From a virus (Duplodnaviria; Caudoviricetes), in the IMG/VR virus record IMGVR_UViG_3300032233_002382, positions 128,001 through 192,000 of that record: DNA of 64,000 bases; one strand, written 5' to 3'. The notes beneath the pieces are model-generated. The model searched no databases. It saw only the letters and a list, made by a program, of their open reading frames with translations, and was not told where the DNA came from. Position numbers and translations under genes: made by a program. Positions 35,607 through 46,358 of the stretch are shown here, piece by piece. Numbering within the stretch: position 1 is the stretch's first letter; each line of letters starts with the position of its first letter.

Positions 35607-38600
35607 CTATGCCGGAGCGCTATAGTTCAGAAGTCTCGAGAAGTTATGTACTGTGTCGGCCCCGTCAGCCAACAAGTTGCTGACAGTTTCGCTGCCTACT
35701 ACGGCATATCCGGTTTCTACACCAACAAGCCCATAACTTGGCAAAATCGGACTAATTACGGGAACGAACGCGTTAGCACTAGCGTCGTATCCAGTTATTG
35801 CAATCCTACCTGTCCAATACTCAGGCCCTGCAAAATAGTTACTCATTACAGAGTTTCCTGAACATATAGCAGTTTCGTTTCCAGAATCTGACGACCCAGG
35901 CCACGGGACCAACCAAATCCCTGGTATCAATCGGGACCCAGCGGCTGTGTCAGTTGTTTTAATCACATTATCTTTAATGATTTTACGAGCATTTTTACGT
36001 GAAAGGGGGTCTACGGAAATACGAGTGGTAATCAGTATACCAGCAGACTCATTGTAATAAGAGCTACCTGATATTGGAGCAGACCCGCTATAGGATAATC
36101 CAGTCGTCTCAATGCTATTGGCGAGTATTTTTAAGCCGCCAAAGCCAACTTGAGTATTCTGCATTATTACCTGAATGCCCTGGGATTTCGTGTTCCCGCT
36201 TCCCGTAGGGAGAGATCTAATTTTGTTGTTAGTTATGCTGATATTCTCGCCAGGAGTCGTCGAAACGTTCGTTACGACGACACCACGATCAAATCCATCG
36301 AAGTTAGACTCAGCAATACTGACATTAGATCCAAGCTGAGCATAGCTGTTAGCAGTATATACATGAATGCCATAGGTAGTACCAGTCACTGAGGCATTTA
36401 AAAATGATTTACACGTCACGTTTCGGTATGTGACATTATTTGCAACATTATATATGATTGCAGAATCTGCCCAGCGCAGAGTAGGAGTCGAGTTCGGACC
36501 GATCAAATTAAGATTTTCTATAACAGCAGTCCCGTTCTCATCATATATGGGGCTACTAACAGTGTAGATTTTTTGAACGGCAACCCGGCACCTGGGACTT
36601 ATTGTGCCATCGCCATTCGATATGGTGCCGTCAGGTTTGGTCCAAGATAAGTTTACGTTATTTACTTTGAGTTTTGTGCCAAATGCCAAGGATAAATCAG
36701 CCCCGTATAATACAGACCTCGTGCTACCAGCAACACAACCTGTTACATCGAAATTTTCGATTATGGTTTGCTTGCTAATGAAGGAAATGTGCCCGAAAGA
36801 CGAAGCAGCTAAATTGGCTCCTGCGAAGGCCATCCAAGTTGGGCGGGCACCATATCCACAATCATTGTTCCCGTTGGTATATGCGATTTTGTTATTCACA
36901 AAAACACATTTTTGGACACTGTGACCAATAACGAATCCAAGAGAATAATTCGATATGGAAGTACTTGATAAGCGCAATCGCATATCCATGTTGTTCATAT
37001 ACAGTTCGTCAACAATCGCATAGTTGGAAGAAGCAGTCACGGTATTGGTCGTTAACCCAGAAGAAAGCTGCATTAGGCAGTTTAATCCCGTGTTTGTAGC
37101 ATCAACCGTGCAACTATCGTATGATAGTCTGCTTATCCTTAAGCCTGAAGCATTACGTATGTTAGTTGCTGGGTTCAGCTCTATGAGACCCACATTAACG
37201 TTCATGCGGTTATCGCCCTGAGCAGTGTAAGACGATAATTTAAACTCGCAGTTATTGAAAGCTATATCCTTAAAGGTCATCGACGCGTAGGCGCCAGCAA
37301 GACCAGATACGATACAAACGCGCTTATCATTTCCGGAATCACGTGGATCGAAATAACATTGATCAAAAATGATTGAATTCGCCAAAACATTCGACGTGGA
37401 CGCTTTAGTGATTTCTACGCATGAGTCATATGATCCGCCCGCTTTAAAAAAGCAATTTTTAGCATATAAAGCGCGTATACCAAGCTGGGAGTAATTTGGG
37501 GTCGTAGACGCAGACGCGGCTAGGTAAATCCCTGAATTAAATGAGCAATCTTCTAAATGAATATACCCATTTTGCGCATTAAGATTATAGTTCGAATTTG
37601 TGGCGAAATTAAGACCATAAATTTTAAGAACGCCTTTCCCGTCCGCCGTATTGGTAAATGTTAGTTGTGCCGCCGATGATCCGGACGCAGATACTGTAGC
37701 TCCATAACCCTCAATTGTGATGTTCGCATTCTGGAAAGCGATCGTATTCAAAGTCGTATAAACGCCTGGCTTAACTATTATATGAGCATCAGAAATCGAA
37801 TTTGAAGTGATGAAATCGGCTATTTCTGATATAGCTACGGGTCCGTTAAAATCTCCGAACGTGGAAATCCCATCACCGCAGGTTATCGTATTCCTTGAGT
37901 TAAGGGATCTGACGATCGAATACCTATCTCCGCTATAGGTCTGTACGTTGGTTACAGCCGGTAGGTTACCGACTCTTAAAACAGAATCGCCATTAGTACC
38001 ATCGATCGATGTCAGCTGAATATTCTTAAGCGCTACGTTTGATTCAGCTTGAGTATTCGCATCGGAGAACTTTAGGCTACTGTCTTTTTGAACAAATACT
38101 CCGCCATCGCTTAACGAGATTGCATGTATAATGCTGATGCCATAAGTGGTGTCTTCGACCTTCTCGAGAGAAATCGAAGGAGTCCAAGAATCGGCATCCC
38201 ATTCAGCAGATGAAGCGTCCTTAAAGTGTACTCCTATCGAGTCATTCGCGATAGATAAGGCGGATGCTGGACTACTGCCGCGATCAAGCGAGTATTTTAA
38301 AATGTTAGAGTCTACACTGGGCTTGGAATTAGTAGAAAGGATTAAACTATTGCGAGGAGAGACATTGTATGTGGATATTCTAGTAAACGATTGATCAGCA
38401 TCTTCTGGGGCTATCTCGGCAAACAATTTATAATTTACGGTAGTTAGACCCTGCTTTGCTATTGCTGAATATACTACTGGGGATGGAAGGTATGTAGCGT
38501 CTGGAAATTCCTGCGCGAACGTCGCTTGACCAACCCGACCGGTCGAGATCGAATATGGAAACAATGATTCGTTCAGATAACCACTGTCAGTGTTGAAGAC

Positions 38601-40220
38601 AGGAGTACCTGAAGTCTCATACAAGCTCGGAATCGTTATCTGCTTGCGTTTATATGGGCTTTGAAAGTCAGTTTCGCGCTCATCTGTGAATTGATCGGCG
38701 GGAACGTCGCCTGCTTCCATCAGTTCCGGAATCTGTATCGTTATATAATTAAGTTCCGACGAGTTCGAGGTGGATCCGGTTAGATTAGGAAATATAGCTC
38801 TCGCTTCTTTGGTGTCTACTGGAAGTGCGACCGATGTTACGTCGGCGTTGGTAATCCCTAAGTTCTTAAGGGTGCTAGGTAATGACGCATTATCAAACGA
38901 CAAGTTGCAATCGAAAGGTAAGCTAAAATATAACTCTGAACCGATTGCGGAGCAGATAATGTATGCTCTATACTGACCGTTTTGAATTCCAAGGGCTCTA
39001 GCAAATTCGCTATCAGATATTTCTGAGATTTCCACCAGCGAACTTGTGCCCGAGCTGCTCTTGATGACGACTCTTCCATTCAGTACGCTAGCTAAACCTT
39101 CAGACGACGCTCCGGCCACGCTGATATCTGCATTGATCTTATCAGCCACCTGCTGAGCATTTCTTAGGGTGGAGTCCAGGCTTACATTTATGTACGTGCC
39201 ACTAAACCGTAGTCTGAACGAACCGCTTAGGAAGAAGGGTTCGGAAACGGTTGATGTCCAATAAGGTGTCGTACAATCGGTGGCAAGACTAAACGAATCG
39301 TTAACGTAAGTAGCCACATCTTCTGAGGTCGGATTATTCGATGTTATGCTAGTAAGAAACGTAACACTTCTGCCAGACACTCTGTTTGTTATAGTGGTTT
39401 CGAAGCTATCGCCGGTCGTAAGTGCTGCACAATTTGCGTTCGTAGTCTTAAAAGGAGCGGCGGAATAAGCCTCAACCCGACAAATCGCGAGCACGTTAGA
39501 TGGGTCGGTTGCGACTAAACGACCATATAAACGTTTGTCTGGCCTTGACGCGGACGTGAAGTTCGGAAGGAACTCATCTTTCGCGGAGAAGTCTGGAAAT
39601 ACTCGATTCGAAACGGCCATGAGATCATAGCCGTCTGCGCGACTAAAGAATACTTTTCCACCAAATAAATCGAAAGCGTTTGTAACAACACCTCTACCGA
39701 GAGGAACCCCGGTAGCACTATTCGTCACGTCAAACCCGAAAAGCGCTAAGAGCGCAATTCGATTTGAAGTAATGGTCACAGATGCGCCAGTCCCGACTAT
39801 GTAACCGCTCGCATTAGCCGATCGAAGTATTAAATATTGATCGAATGTTCGGTCAGCGACGGCGACTGAAACGGACGGAGTTAATGCTAAGAACGCATTG
39901 TTAATGCTATCTATTATTTGCTGAAGTCGAACTGTGGTTCCCTGGACTAAATTTATTGAAGCAGAAGTACCGTCGTTCATCGAGACTGTCAGAGTACCTG
40001 TTACGGGTATCAGAAAACCCGCAGTCGGTTCACCGATAGTAGCTATAAGCGCAGCTGGTAGCGCGGTTTCGGCACCGCCAGTAACCTTTGTTACCGTGAA
40101 ATCAGTAACTGGGTTCGGTAAGAATATCTGCGTAGTTCCAGGATTTGGTGAAACTGGAAGAGTATAACTTGTATATCTGGTAGCCGGGTAGTTAAGCTGT
40201 GCTGAACGCGGACGAGTCAT
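35607..40220 (-). CDS. Giant tail fibre/spike protein B with beta-helix C-terminal half
   Basis: MTRPRSAQLN N-terminus, STFGDFNG then beta-helix repeats; GGAGG SD before ATG 40220. Confidence 0.7.
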   Translation of the reverse strand: MTRPRSAQLNYPATRYTSYTLPVSPNPGTTQIFLPNPVTDFTVTKVTGGAETALPAALIATIGEPTAGFLIPVTGTLTVSMNDGTSASINLVQGTTVRLQQIIDSINNAFLALTPSVSVAVADRTFDQYLILRSANASGYIVGTGASVTITSNRIALLALFGFDVTNSATGVPLGRGVVTNAFDLFGGKVFFSRADGYDLMAVSNRVFPDFSAKDEFLPNFTSASRPDKRLYGRLVATDPSNVLAICRVEAYSAAPFKTTNANCAALTTGDSFETTITNRVSGRSVTFLTSITSNNPTSEDVATYVNDSFSLATDCTTPYWTSTVSEPFFLSGSFRLRFSGTYINVSLDSTLRNAQQVADKINADISVAGASSEGLASVLNGRVVIKSSSGTSSLVEISEISDSEFARALGIQNGQYRAYIICSAIGSELYFSLPFDCNLSFDNASLPSTLKNLGITNADVTSVALPVDTKEARAIFPNLTGSTSNSSELNYITIQIPELMEAGDVPADQFTDERETDFQSPYKRKQITIPSLYETSGTPVFNTDSGYLNESLFPYSISTGRVGQATFAQEFPDATYLPSPVVYSAIAKQGLTTVNYKLFAEIAPEDADQSFTRISTYNVSPRNSLILSTNSKPSVDSNILKYSLDRGSSPASALSIANDSIGVHFKDASSAEWDADSWTPSISLEKVEDTTYGISIIHAISLSDGGVFVQKDSSLKFSDANTQAESNVALKNIQLTSIDGTNGDSVLRVGNLPAVTNVQTYSGDRYSIVRSLNSRNTITCGDGISTFGDFNGPVAISEIADFITSNSISDAHIIVKPGVYTTLNTIAFQNANITIEGYGATVSASGSSAAQLTFTNTADGKGVLKIYGLNFATNSNYNLNAQNGYIHLEDCSFNSGIYLAASASTTPNYSQLGIRALYAKNCFFKAGGSYDSCVEITKASTSNVLANSIIFDQCYFDPRDSGNDKRVCIVSGLAGAYASMTFKDIAFNNCEFKLSSYTAQGDNRMNVNVGLIELNPATNIRNASGLRISRLSYDSCTVDATNTGLNCLMQLSSGLTTNTVTASSNYAIVDELYMNNMDMRLRLSSTSISNYSLGFVIGHSVQKCVFVNNKIAYTNGNNDCGYGARPTWMAFAGANLAASSFGHISFISKQTIIENFDVTGCVAGSTRSVLYGADLSLAFGTKLKVNNVNLSWTKPDGTISNGDGTISPRCRVAVQKIYTVSSPIYDENGTAVIENLNLIGPNSTPTLRWADSAIIYNVANNVTYRNVTCKSFLNASVTGTTYGIHVYTANSYAQLGSNVSIAESNFDGFDRGVVVTNVSTTPGENISITNNKIRSLPTGSGNTKSQGIQVIMQNTQVGFGGLKILANSIETTGLSYSGSAPISGSSYYNESAGILITTRISVDPLSRKNARKIIKDNVIKTTDTAAGSRLIPGIWLVPWPGSSDSGNETAICSGNSVMSNYFAGPEYWTGRIAITGYDASANAFVPVISPILPSYGLVGVETGYAVVGSETVSNLLADGADTVHNFSRLLNYSAPA

Positions 40221-40244
40221 AGCAACCTCCACAAAATCCCGCTA

Positions 40245-43200
40245 CTAGAATATCACATACCAGAACTCAACCACGTCGGTCGTGACCAACGGTGGATGCA
40301 CCGGAGGATTCGGGAAGTAGGTTACGGTTTGGTTCGTAGCTCCACCGACCACAAAATCTGCGGTTGCTCCATACTGGAGCTTGACGCCGTTCACGAACAT
40401 CTGAACGGTCGTCGGATCAAGCGGTCTAGTGCTTAAACTAAAGACCGTTTGATCGTTGGCCGTTACAGCGACCGTTTCCTGCTTTAAAGATATCAAGGGC
40501 AAGTCGCTTGAACCGTAGAACGCGGGGTTATCGTAAATCTTATTGACGAACAGCGGCTGATTTGCCGGAAGGACGTTTGTATCGACCGTTCCACGACGCT
40601 TCTCAAGCGGCTTACCTAACAGGCGATACCGATCGACCGCAGTATAACCCTCGTTTGTTCCAGCAGCACTATGATTTATTTCACTATCCCTAAAGTATGA
40701 AGGCGCGGCTTGCGTGACTATGACCATCTGAAGTTCGTTTCCTACGTGAACTTCGCGGCCCGCATACGTTTCTGGCTGAGATCTTACCAAATATGCAGTT
40801 GCCGTTAGCACAGACCCTGCGGTGTTGTTTGGTCTAGCCTTAGGGAACCGTGAAGACAAGTTCCCGCCAGGCCATGGGCCGGTGGCCGAATAAGCCGCCC
40901 CACCGCGAGTCGTCTTAAATATAGTGGTGCTTGTGTAAGCACCCGAGCCGTTTCGTGTATCAATACCGTCGACTTTCACTAATGCTTCAGATCCGACGCC
41001 GGATGTATTGCTACTGTTGCCGCAAACGAATTCTCTACCTTCCCAAGTCGAAAGGCCGACGGAGGATGGCGTCGTGGGTGCTTCATACGGGGTAACGCTG
41101 AAGGTGCCGACAGGGATTGAAGCATTACCAGAAGCACTACGCGTCTGGTATAGAGTCTTACCGATAAAATCCTTGTCTCTGAAGTAGACACCTAAAGGAA
41201 GCTGTGTAATGCTTCCTGCTAACTCCGGATGAATGTCTGAATCAAAGACTTCGGACAGAGCGTACGTCTTGATTTCAGGACGTTCGATTATCGTGGCCGG
41301 ATCAACAGGGAATTTTATGTCTTCCCAGTCTTCATAACCCACGCGATTAAGGCTAAACCGTCGATATAAGTCTACACGCGTCCCGGCATAGTCAGGTGGG
41401 TTAGCTGGTGCCTCGAACGTGTTAAGTAACGGGATCGGATTTGAACCAGATAAACGCCCGGTTCCGAGATCTGTGGTGAAAGATATGGCAGTTAGGATCT
41501 CATATCCATTCTTAGCAGGTAGCTGCAAAGTATCAACAGGACCTAACGGGTTGTTAAATATCGAGTAAGACTGAGATGGAGTTAACGGTCCAAGTCGGTA
41601 TATGTCGTCGGTCTGGCCATATTGTGTGCCGAATGGATTTCCTTGATAAGGAGCTCTTGAATAGAAAACGGTAACCTGATTATTTGTACCGAGAACCGCC
41701 AAAGGTGCAGGCGAAATGATACCTATCTTAGAATCAGCGTTTGAAGTCTGTTGATTCGCGACCCGCGTTGTTGAATTCACGACAGAAGGATTCACTACGA
41801 CAAATCGTCCGTTAGTCTGTAGGAACCCACGATCGAAGCCGAATAGAACACACTCAATCAACCACTCCCGATCTTCAAATGTAGCACCTGGAGTAGCTTT
41901 CGTCAGGTCTATGACTTCTGAGTTTAACACGAAAGTCAAATCGCCGTTTTTATCGACCTCTAACAGGAACGTAGGACCATCGAAACTATCTCGTAAACAG
42001 TTAGGCGAAGTGCCTCCAACAAATTCCCGATCACTGTTGAAAGGAGAATTCGTAGGTTCATATGCACCAGAAATTCGTTCGTAAACACCTGTAATACGAG
42101 CTGGGCCGTAGAACTTCGGGAATCTAATACCTGTGAAAACAGTGCCTGTAGCAGAACTTACCGCATTAATACTGGCCTTCTGTCCGAACACAGTATAAGC
42201 GGAGGTACCGGGCTTCGTACCGTAGATTTCACCGGCTTGTGGCGTTGCAATATAATAGCCAGGTCTATCAGGATAAGCAACTATGTTCGGGTTATAAAGT
42301 GCGTTATCTCCAACTACACCCTGGAACGCACTAAGCATGAAGTTAATGCCGCTGCTATAATAAGCAGTAGGCGTAGCGGACATAGGGTAAATCGGGACGT
42401 GGTGGAATCCAGGTTTCGGTAGGAATTCAAGAGGAATTTCTACGTACACGCTCCCAACGTTGCCCTTCTTGAATAAATTAAGAGCGTCCCGATTGGCCGC
42501 ACTCATACCAGAAATCGGATTACCGTTCTGGTCATTGATGGGCATTAGTCCCTGGTACAAAGGAACCGTCGCACTTGGAGTCGTATAGTACCAGTTCGAA
42601 GTATCACCGCTGCGTGCGGTTAACGTAGGGATCGTCTGGTATGTGTAAGGAGCTATGTAGAGAGACTTCGAACCTGGATCTAGCATCACGTCTGAGGTTC
42701 GAGCATAAGTCCGATTATTACCGGTCTGAATGTAAGGGGAGTCCGACAAATAAGTCGGTACCATCGGATTGGTGTTTGAAAGACCCTGACGCAACAACGC
42801 TTTTGAAGTCTGGACCGGATTCCCATCGTATACAACGGAGTGTATCCACTCTGGCTTATGTGAAAGACCTCGACCGGCTCCATAGATAACGGTGAATTCG
42901 ATCCAAGCAGCCACATTAGTGGCATAAGCATCGTTGTTGCCCTGAAGAGCATCTGCCCACTCGTTTAATGGGCTGTCAACTGCACCCGAAAGAAACTTGA
43001 TTTTTAGATCAGAGCCATCGAGAGTTACGACTAATCCATCATTAGGCTTCAAGATCCTCTTTCCAGAGATTGTGATTTGAGGATTCGAAGCAGTCGGTGA
43101 AGTGGTATTCGGGTTTACAGGGATGCCACCATTCGGATCCGAAGTGCCGCCCTCGAATCGAACCAAGATCGACTCCGATAGCTCGTCCGGAAGCACGAAT

Positions 43201-44936
43201 CTGACCTGGTCCGCATCAGAGCCTAGCACAGACTGGAAAGGCTGTAACTTAACAGTTACCTCATCACCGTTCCACCAATATCTTATACCACTGGCGTTAT
43301 TCCGGCTAGGACCATTTGGATGAGCTGGAGCGAATCCGGACCAATTTATGACCGATTCATATGGGGCGATTTTAAAATTACCGGCCAAATCTGTAGGACT
43401 GGTCACCGGGTTCGGATCTGCCGGATTCGGACATCTTATCGGGATGCAGAATCTTTGCATTACCGCGCTATCAGACCACGTACGCCGTAAACCATCTGGT
43501 GCATCAAGCTTAGTGAGCCCTGCGTTCGTCGGATTATTCGTAACGATATCACCGTAAAGGACAACAGCTCCCTGTGAAGCTGCGGCTCCGTATGTCTTCC
43601 AAGTACTACGCAGGTTGCCCTTCAAGAGCTCGACCACGTTAGTCTTCAGGATAGATTCGTAATCGAATTTGTCGGCTACTGAGTGGCGTAAATCGAGAAT
43701 GTCTGTCGAGGTGACCTGATCAGCGAATAAGCCGTCTGGACGGATGGTGTATAGTTTTACGGCGGACCCGGCAACATGTGAACGTGCGGTAGAGCCGAGA
43801 ACTCCACGATCGGTGATGTTTACTATGAAGCTCGTTGGAGACACAGTCGTAACGCTAGAAATTCGGACATATTCGTCATCGATTCGAACATACGCCTCCC
43901 CGAAATTCGACATTTTCGAGAGGAACGTTCCGGATATACTGTTTAGAGTGAACGTTGTGTCGGTATCAGAAATCGCTGCAGGCAACGTGATCTGATTTGC
44001 GTAAGTTGTGTAATCAAGCTTCGAGATGGCAGTTGAATTTCGGTTAAAAGCACCAGCTAAATTAGAAGTGCTGAATCCAGCTGAATTGCGGCGCCATACA
44101 ACGCAGAGTGGTATTGCGTAAACGTAACCGTCTGCGGTTCCGAAAGTGACAGGATCGCCCGTCCCAGCTCTCCAGAGACCTGGATCGCCTAGAGCTTGGC
44201 GCATGTTGGTGAATGGCACGTTCGTGGGAACGGATAAAGCACCCTGCGCGAAAACAGTTGTGGGATCGAATCCTTCCGGATTCGTGCTCAAACCAATGTT
44301 CTGAACATTGCGAATTCGATACTGGAGCTGAACACGCTTGGTGGTCTCATAGTTAATGTCAGGGTCGACTAGCTCGTCAGGTAAATATGAGAAACCACCG
44401 TCGACGTTTCCGAATCGATAAATGAAATTACGAGTGGGCTTGCCAGGCGCTACTGCTGGCGGAGGCGGATCTACATCGATCCGTTGTAACCACACTTCTA
44501 AGAAAATAAATTCCGGTACGTTTCCACTCGCACCAGTTGGCGGTGGATTCAGTATGATTCGGTTCCAGTAGTCTACGTCGTTCGGATTGATCGGAGGGCT
44601 TCCAGTCCTAGTCCCTGTGACCGGGACCATCCAACCATTCACAACAGCCCAAGTTAGATTCCGGACTTCACCGGATTGATTGCGCCCAAAGAAGAAATAG
44701 TTCGAATAAGATGGATCCGTCGAATAATCGGCCCTAGGATTCATTTCATTCATTAGCCATCCGGAGGGCAGACGGCTACGAACTTCCTCCGCTTGGTTCT
44801 CGAGATCGATAAGACTGATAAGATTTAATTCTGAATCGAGAGGTGGTTTAGAAGCTTGAAAGACGACTGAGGTATACTGACGGTCTTTATCCGTTATGTA
44901 ACGGGAGACGCCAGAACCAAGGGGATTTGTGGCCAT
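40245..44936 (-). CDS. Large baseplate-wedge/tail structural protein
   Basis: YTSVVFQASKPPLDSELN (DUF4815-like start), GYVYAIPLCVVWRRN, terminal FVNGVK...DF.V...TVT motif. Confidence 0.6.
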   Translation of the reverse strand: MATNPLGSGVSRYITDKDRQYTSVVFQASKPPLDSELNLISLIDLENQAEEVRSRLPSGWLMNEMNPRADYSTDPSYSNYFFFGRNQSGEVRNLTWAVVNGWMVPVTGTRTGSPPINPNDVDYWNRIILNPPPTGASGNVPEFIFLEVWLQRIDVDPPPPAVAPGKPTRNFIYRFGNVDGGFSYLPDELVDPDINYETTKRVQLQYRIRNVQNIGLSTNPEGFDPTTVFAQGALSVPTNVPFTNMRQALGDPGLWRAGTGDPVTFGTADGYVYAIPLCVVWRRNSAGFSTSNLAGAFNRNSTAISKLDYTTYANQITLPAAISDTDTTFTLNSISGTFLSKMSNFGEAYVRIDDEYVRISSVTTVSPTSFIVNITDRGVLGSTARSHVAGSAVKLYTIRPDGLFADQVTSTDILDLRHSVADKFDYESILKTNVVELLKGNLRSTWKTYGAAASQGAVVLYGDIVTNNPTNAGLTKLDAPDGLRRTWSDSAVMQRFCIPIRCPNPADPNPVTSPTDLAGNFKIAPYESVINWSGFAPAHPNGPSRNNASGIRYWWNGDEVTVKLQPFQSVLGSDADQVRFVLPDELSESILVRFEGGTSDPNGGIPVNPNTTSPTASNPQITISGKRILKPNDGLVVTLDGSDLKIKFLSGAVDSPLNEWADALQGNNDAYATNVAAWIEFTVIYGAGRGLSHKPEWIHSVVYDGNPVQTSKALLRQGLSNTNPMVPTYLSDSPYIQTGNNRTYARTSDVMLDPGSKSLYIAPYTYQTIPTLTARSGDTSNWYYTTPSATVPLYQGLMPINDQNGNPISGMSAANRDALNLFKKGNVGSVYVEIPLEFLPKPGFHHVPIYPMSATPTAYYSSGINFMLSAFQGVVGDNALYNPNIVAYPDRPGYYIATPQAGEIYGTKPGTSAYTVFGQKASINAVSSATGTVFTGIRFPKFYGPARITGVYERISGAYEPTNSPFNSDREFVGGTSPNCLRDSFDGPTFLLEVDKNGDLTFVLNSEVIDLTKATPGATFEDREWLIECVLFGFDRGFLQTNGRFVVVNPSVVNSTTRVANQQTSNADSKIGIISPAPLAVLGTNNQVTVFYSRAPYQGNPFGTQYGQTDDIYRLGPLTPSQSYSIFNNPLGPVDTLQLPAKNGYEILTAISFTTDLGTGRLSGSNPIPLLNTFEAPANPPDYAGTRVDLYRRFSLNRVGYEDWEDIKFPVDPATIIERPEIKTYALSEVFDSDIHPELAGSITQLPLGVYFRDKDFIGKTLYQTRSASGNASIPVGTFSVTPYEAPTTPSSVGLSTWEGREFVCGNSSNTSGVGSEALVKVDGIDTRNGSGAYTSTTIFKTTRGGAAYSATGPWPGGNLSSRFPKARPNNTAGSVLTATAYLVRSQPETYAGREVHVGNELQMVIVTQAAPSYFRDSEINHSAAGTNEGYTAVDRYRLLGKPLEKRRGTVDTNVLPANQPLFVNKIYDNPAFYGSSDLPLISLKQETVAVTANDQTVFSLSTRPLDPTTVQMFVNGVKLQYGATADFVVGGATNQTVTYFPNPPVHPPLVTTDVVEFWYVIF

Positions 44937-44965
44937 TGATATACCTCAAATAAACCGAGTAGTCA

Positions 44966-44972
44966 ATCCTAC
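44966..44972 (-). promoter_or_regulatory. Putative -10 element (GTAGGAT) for the 44936 gene
   Basis: GTAnnnT-N5-A, then GAGG SD. Confidence 0.45.
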
Positions 44973-44995
44973 TGGCCTATTAGTAACCTATTGAG

Positions 44996-45640
44996 TTAAA
45001 AAGTAAGGCGCCAAGTCCAGTTTAAAACATTTCCTGGGGCTTTGTTTATAACCGGAAATGTTAAATAATTACAAAGCACGTCCTTGCCTTGAATGTCGAC
45101 TGGTGTGTCTGAATTTGGTGGGGTAATAGGATTACGGACGTACATATTATTACCATCCAAATCACCGCCTATCAGTCCCATTTCGACCAAGGGACCAACG
45201 GCTTCAGAAGCACCGAACGTAAAACTAAAATCCACAACGTTTGTGGGGATGGTACTATCGTTACCACTAGGATCTATAAATTTAGCGCTTGCCACTACTT
45301 TTCTAGCTATTTCACCATATAAAGAATGCTGTGTAGGTTCAGCAGGTGGCGGGCTCATCGGGTCCCATCCTGCCTTACCGACACCTACGGCCAAAGCGCG
45401 AATTCCCCATTTGGGAGCACTTGTATTTACGACGCTAGTCCCGCGCATGAAGGATGCTAACAGTATACCAGCGTCCAAGGTGACGACGTTCTTCTTTTTT
45501 CCTGACCCAATGACTTCCCCATTGTGATCGAGGAGAGTCCAGAAGACTTCGCCTTGGAGGTTAAATCGAGTTTCGTTTATTTGATTCGAGAATTCTAGAG
45601 AATTGCCGGATCGCATCATCTTATTTCGATCTAGTATCAT
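44996..45640 (-). CDS. Tail-collar/baseplate fibre-attachment protein
   Basis: KNVVTLDAG...LAVGVG...LYGEIARK...EMGL...FPVINK...WRLTF pattern. Confidence 0.6.
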   Translation of the reverse strand: MILDRNKMMRSGNSLEFSNQINETRFNLQGEVFWTLLDHNGEVIGSGKKKNVVTLDAGILLASFMRGTSVVNTSAPKWGIRALAVGVGKAGWDPMSPPPAEPTQHSLYGEIARKVVASAKFIDPSGNDSTIPTNVVDFSFTFGASEAVGPLVEMGLIGGDLDGNNMYVRNPITPPNSDTPVDIQGKDVLCNYLTFPVINKAPGNVLNWTWRLTF

Positions 45641-45655
45641 TTTGGCCTCTCTAAA

Positions 45656-46348
45656 CTATACGTCGTTTAGCGTTCCTCCCTCATCATCCGAGAAAGAGGC
45701 CAACAAATTCGGGATCCCTGTTGATTTTAAATAAACCGAAATACTGTTGTAAAGCGTACGAGCTGGGGCATCGAGACGTATAACAGCGACATTTCCATGT
45801 ACTGAATGTTCTTCTCGGTGCCTATTATACCTTAGTTTGATTTCATTCAATAAAACGATCGCAGAGTCTAAATCTGTTGCATCCGGAGAAGTGACACTAT
45901 TAATAAAGTCACTTTGCATATGTACTCGTTCCTTAACCGGAACGTTATTACGGTATTCCCGAAATACCTCTAGAGCAATATGTTTATTATATGCGGCCTT
46001 GAGGAGATTGGCTAATTTGACCAGATCAACAATTTCTGGGGTTACATCTGGAGTAATAGGGGCATACCGAGAAGGCACCCATGGTGTTGCATCAATCGTA
46101 TACGCCAAAGCCCATTTATACGTCCGGGTCGGCACATATGGATTAACGTCCTGGGGCTTACCTACGGTCCAGTCGTATGTAAATGTGTCCCACCATGGTA
46201 TGTCGATAACATTATAAGCTAAATTCCATAAACATGTTTCTACATCTATCCAGGGGACCCATTCCGGGTCCCCTGGGATATATGCCAACGCAAATAAAGG
46301 TGGGTCTACTTCATACCAGTCATTCGCGTCGACATTAACAGATGCCAT
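45656..46348 (-). CDS. Virion protein with Trp/LAY repeats and His-pair repeats
   Basis: Three LAY-x6-W units; two N..YNxH...H units. Confidence 0.6.
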   Translation of the reverse strand: MASVNVDANDWYEVDPPLFALAYIPGDPEWVPWIDVETCLWNLAYNVIDIPWWDTFTYDWTVGKPQDVNPYVPTRTYKWALAYTIDATPWVPSRYAPITPDVTPEIVDLVKLANLLKAAYNKHIALEVFREYRNNVPVKERVHMQSDFINSVTSPDATDLDSAIVLLNEIKLRYNRHREEHSVHGNVAVIRLDAPARTLYNSISVYLKSTGIPNLLASFSDDEGGTLNDV

Positions 46349-46358
46349 TTATTGACCA

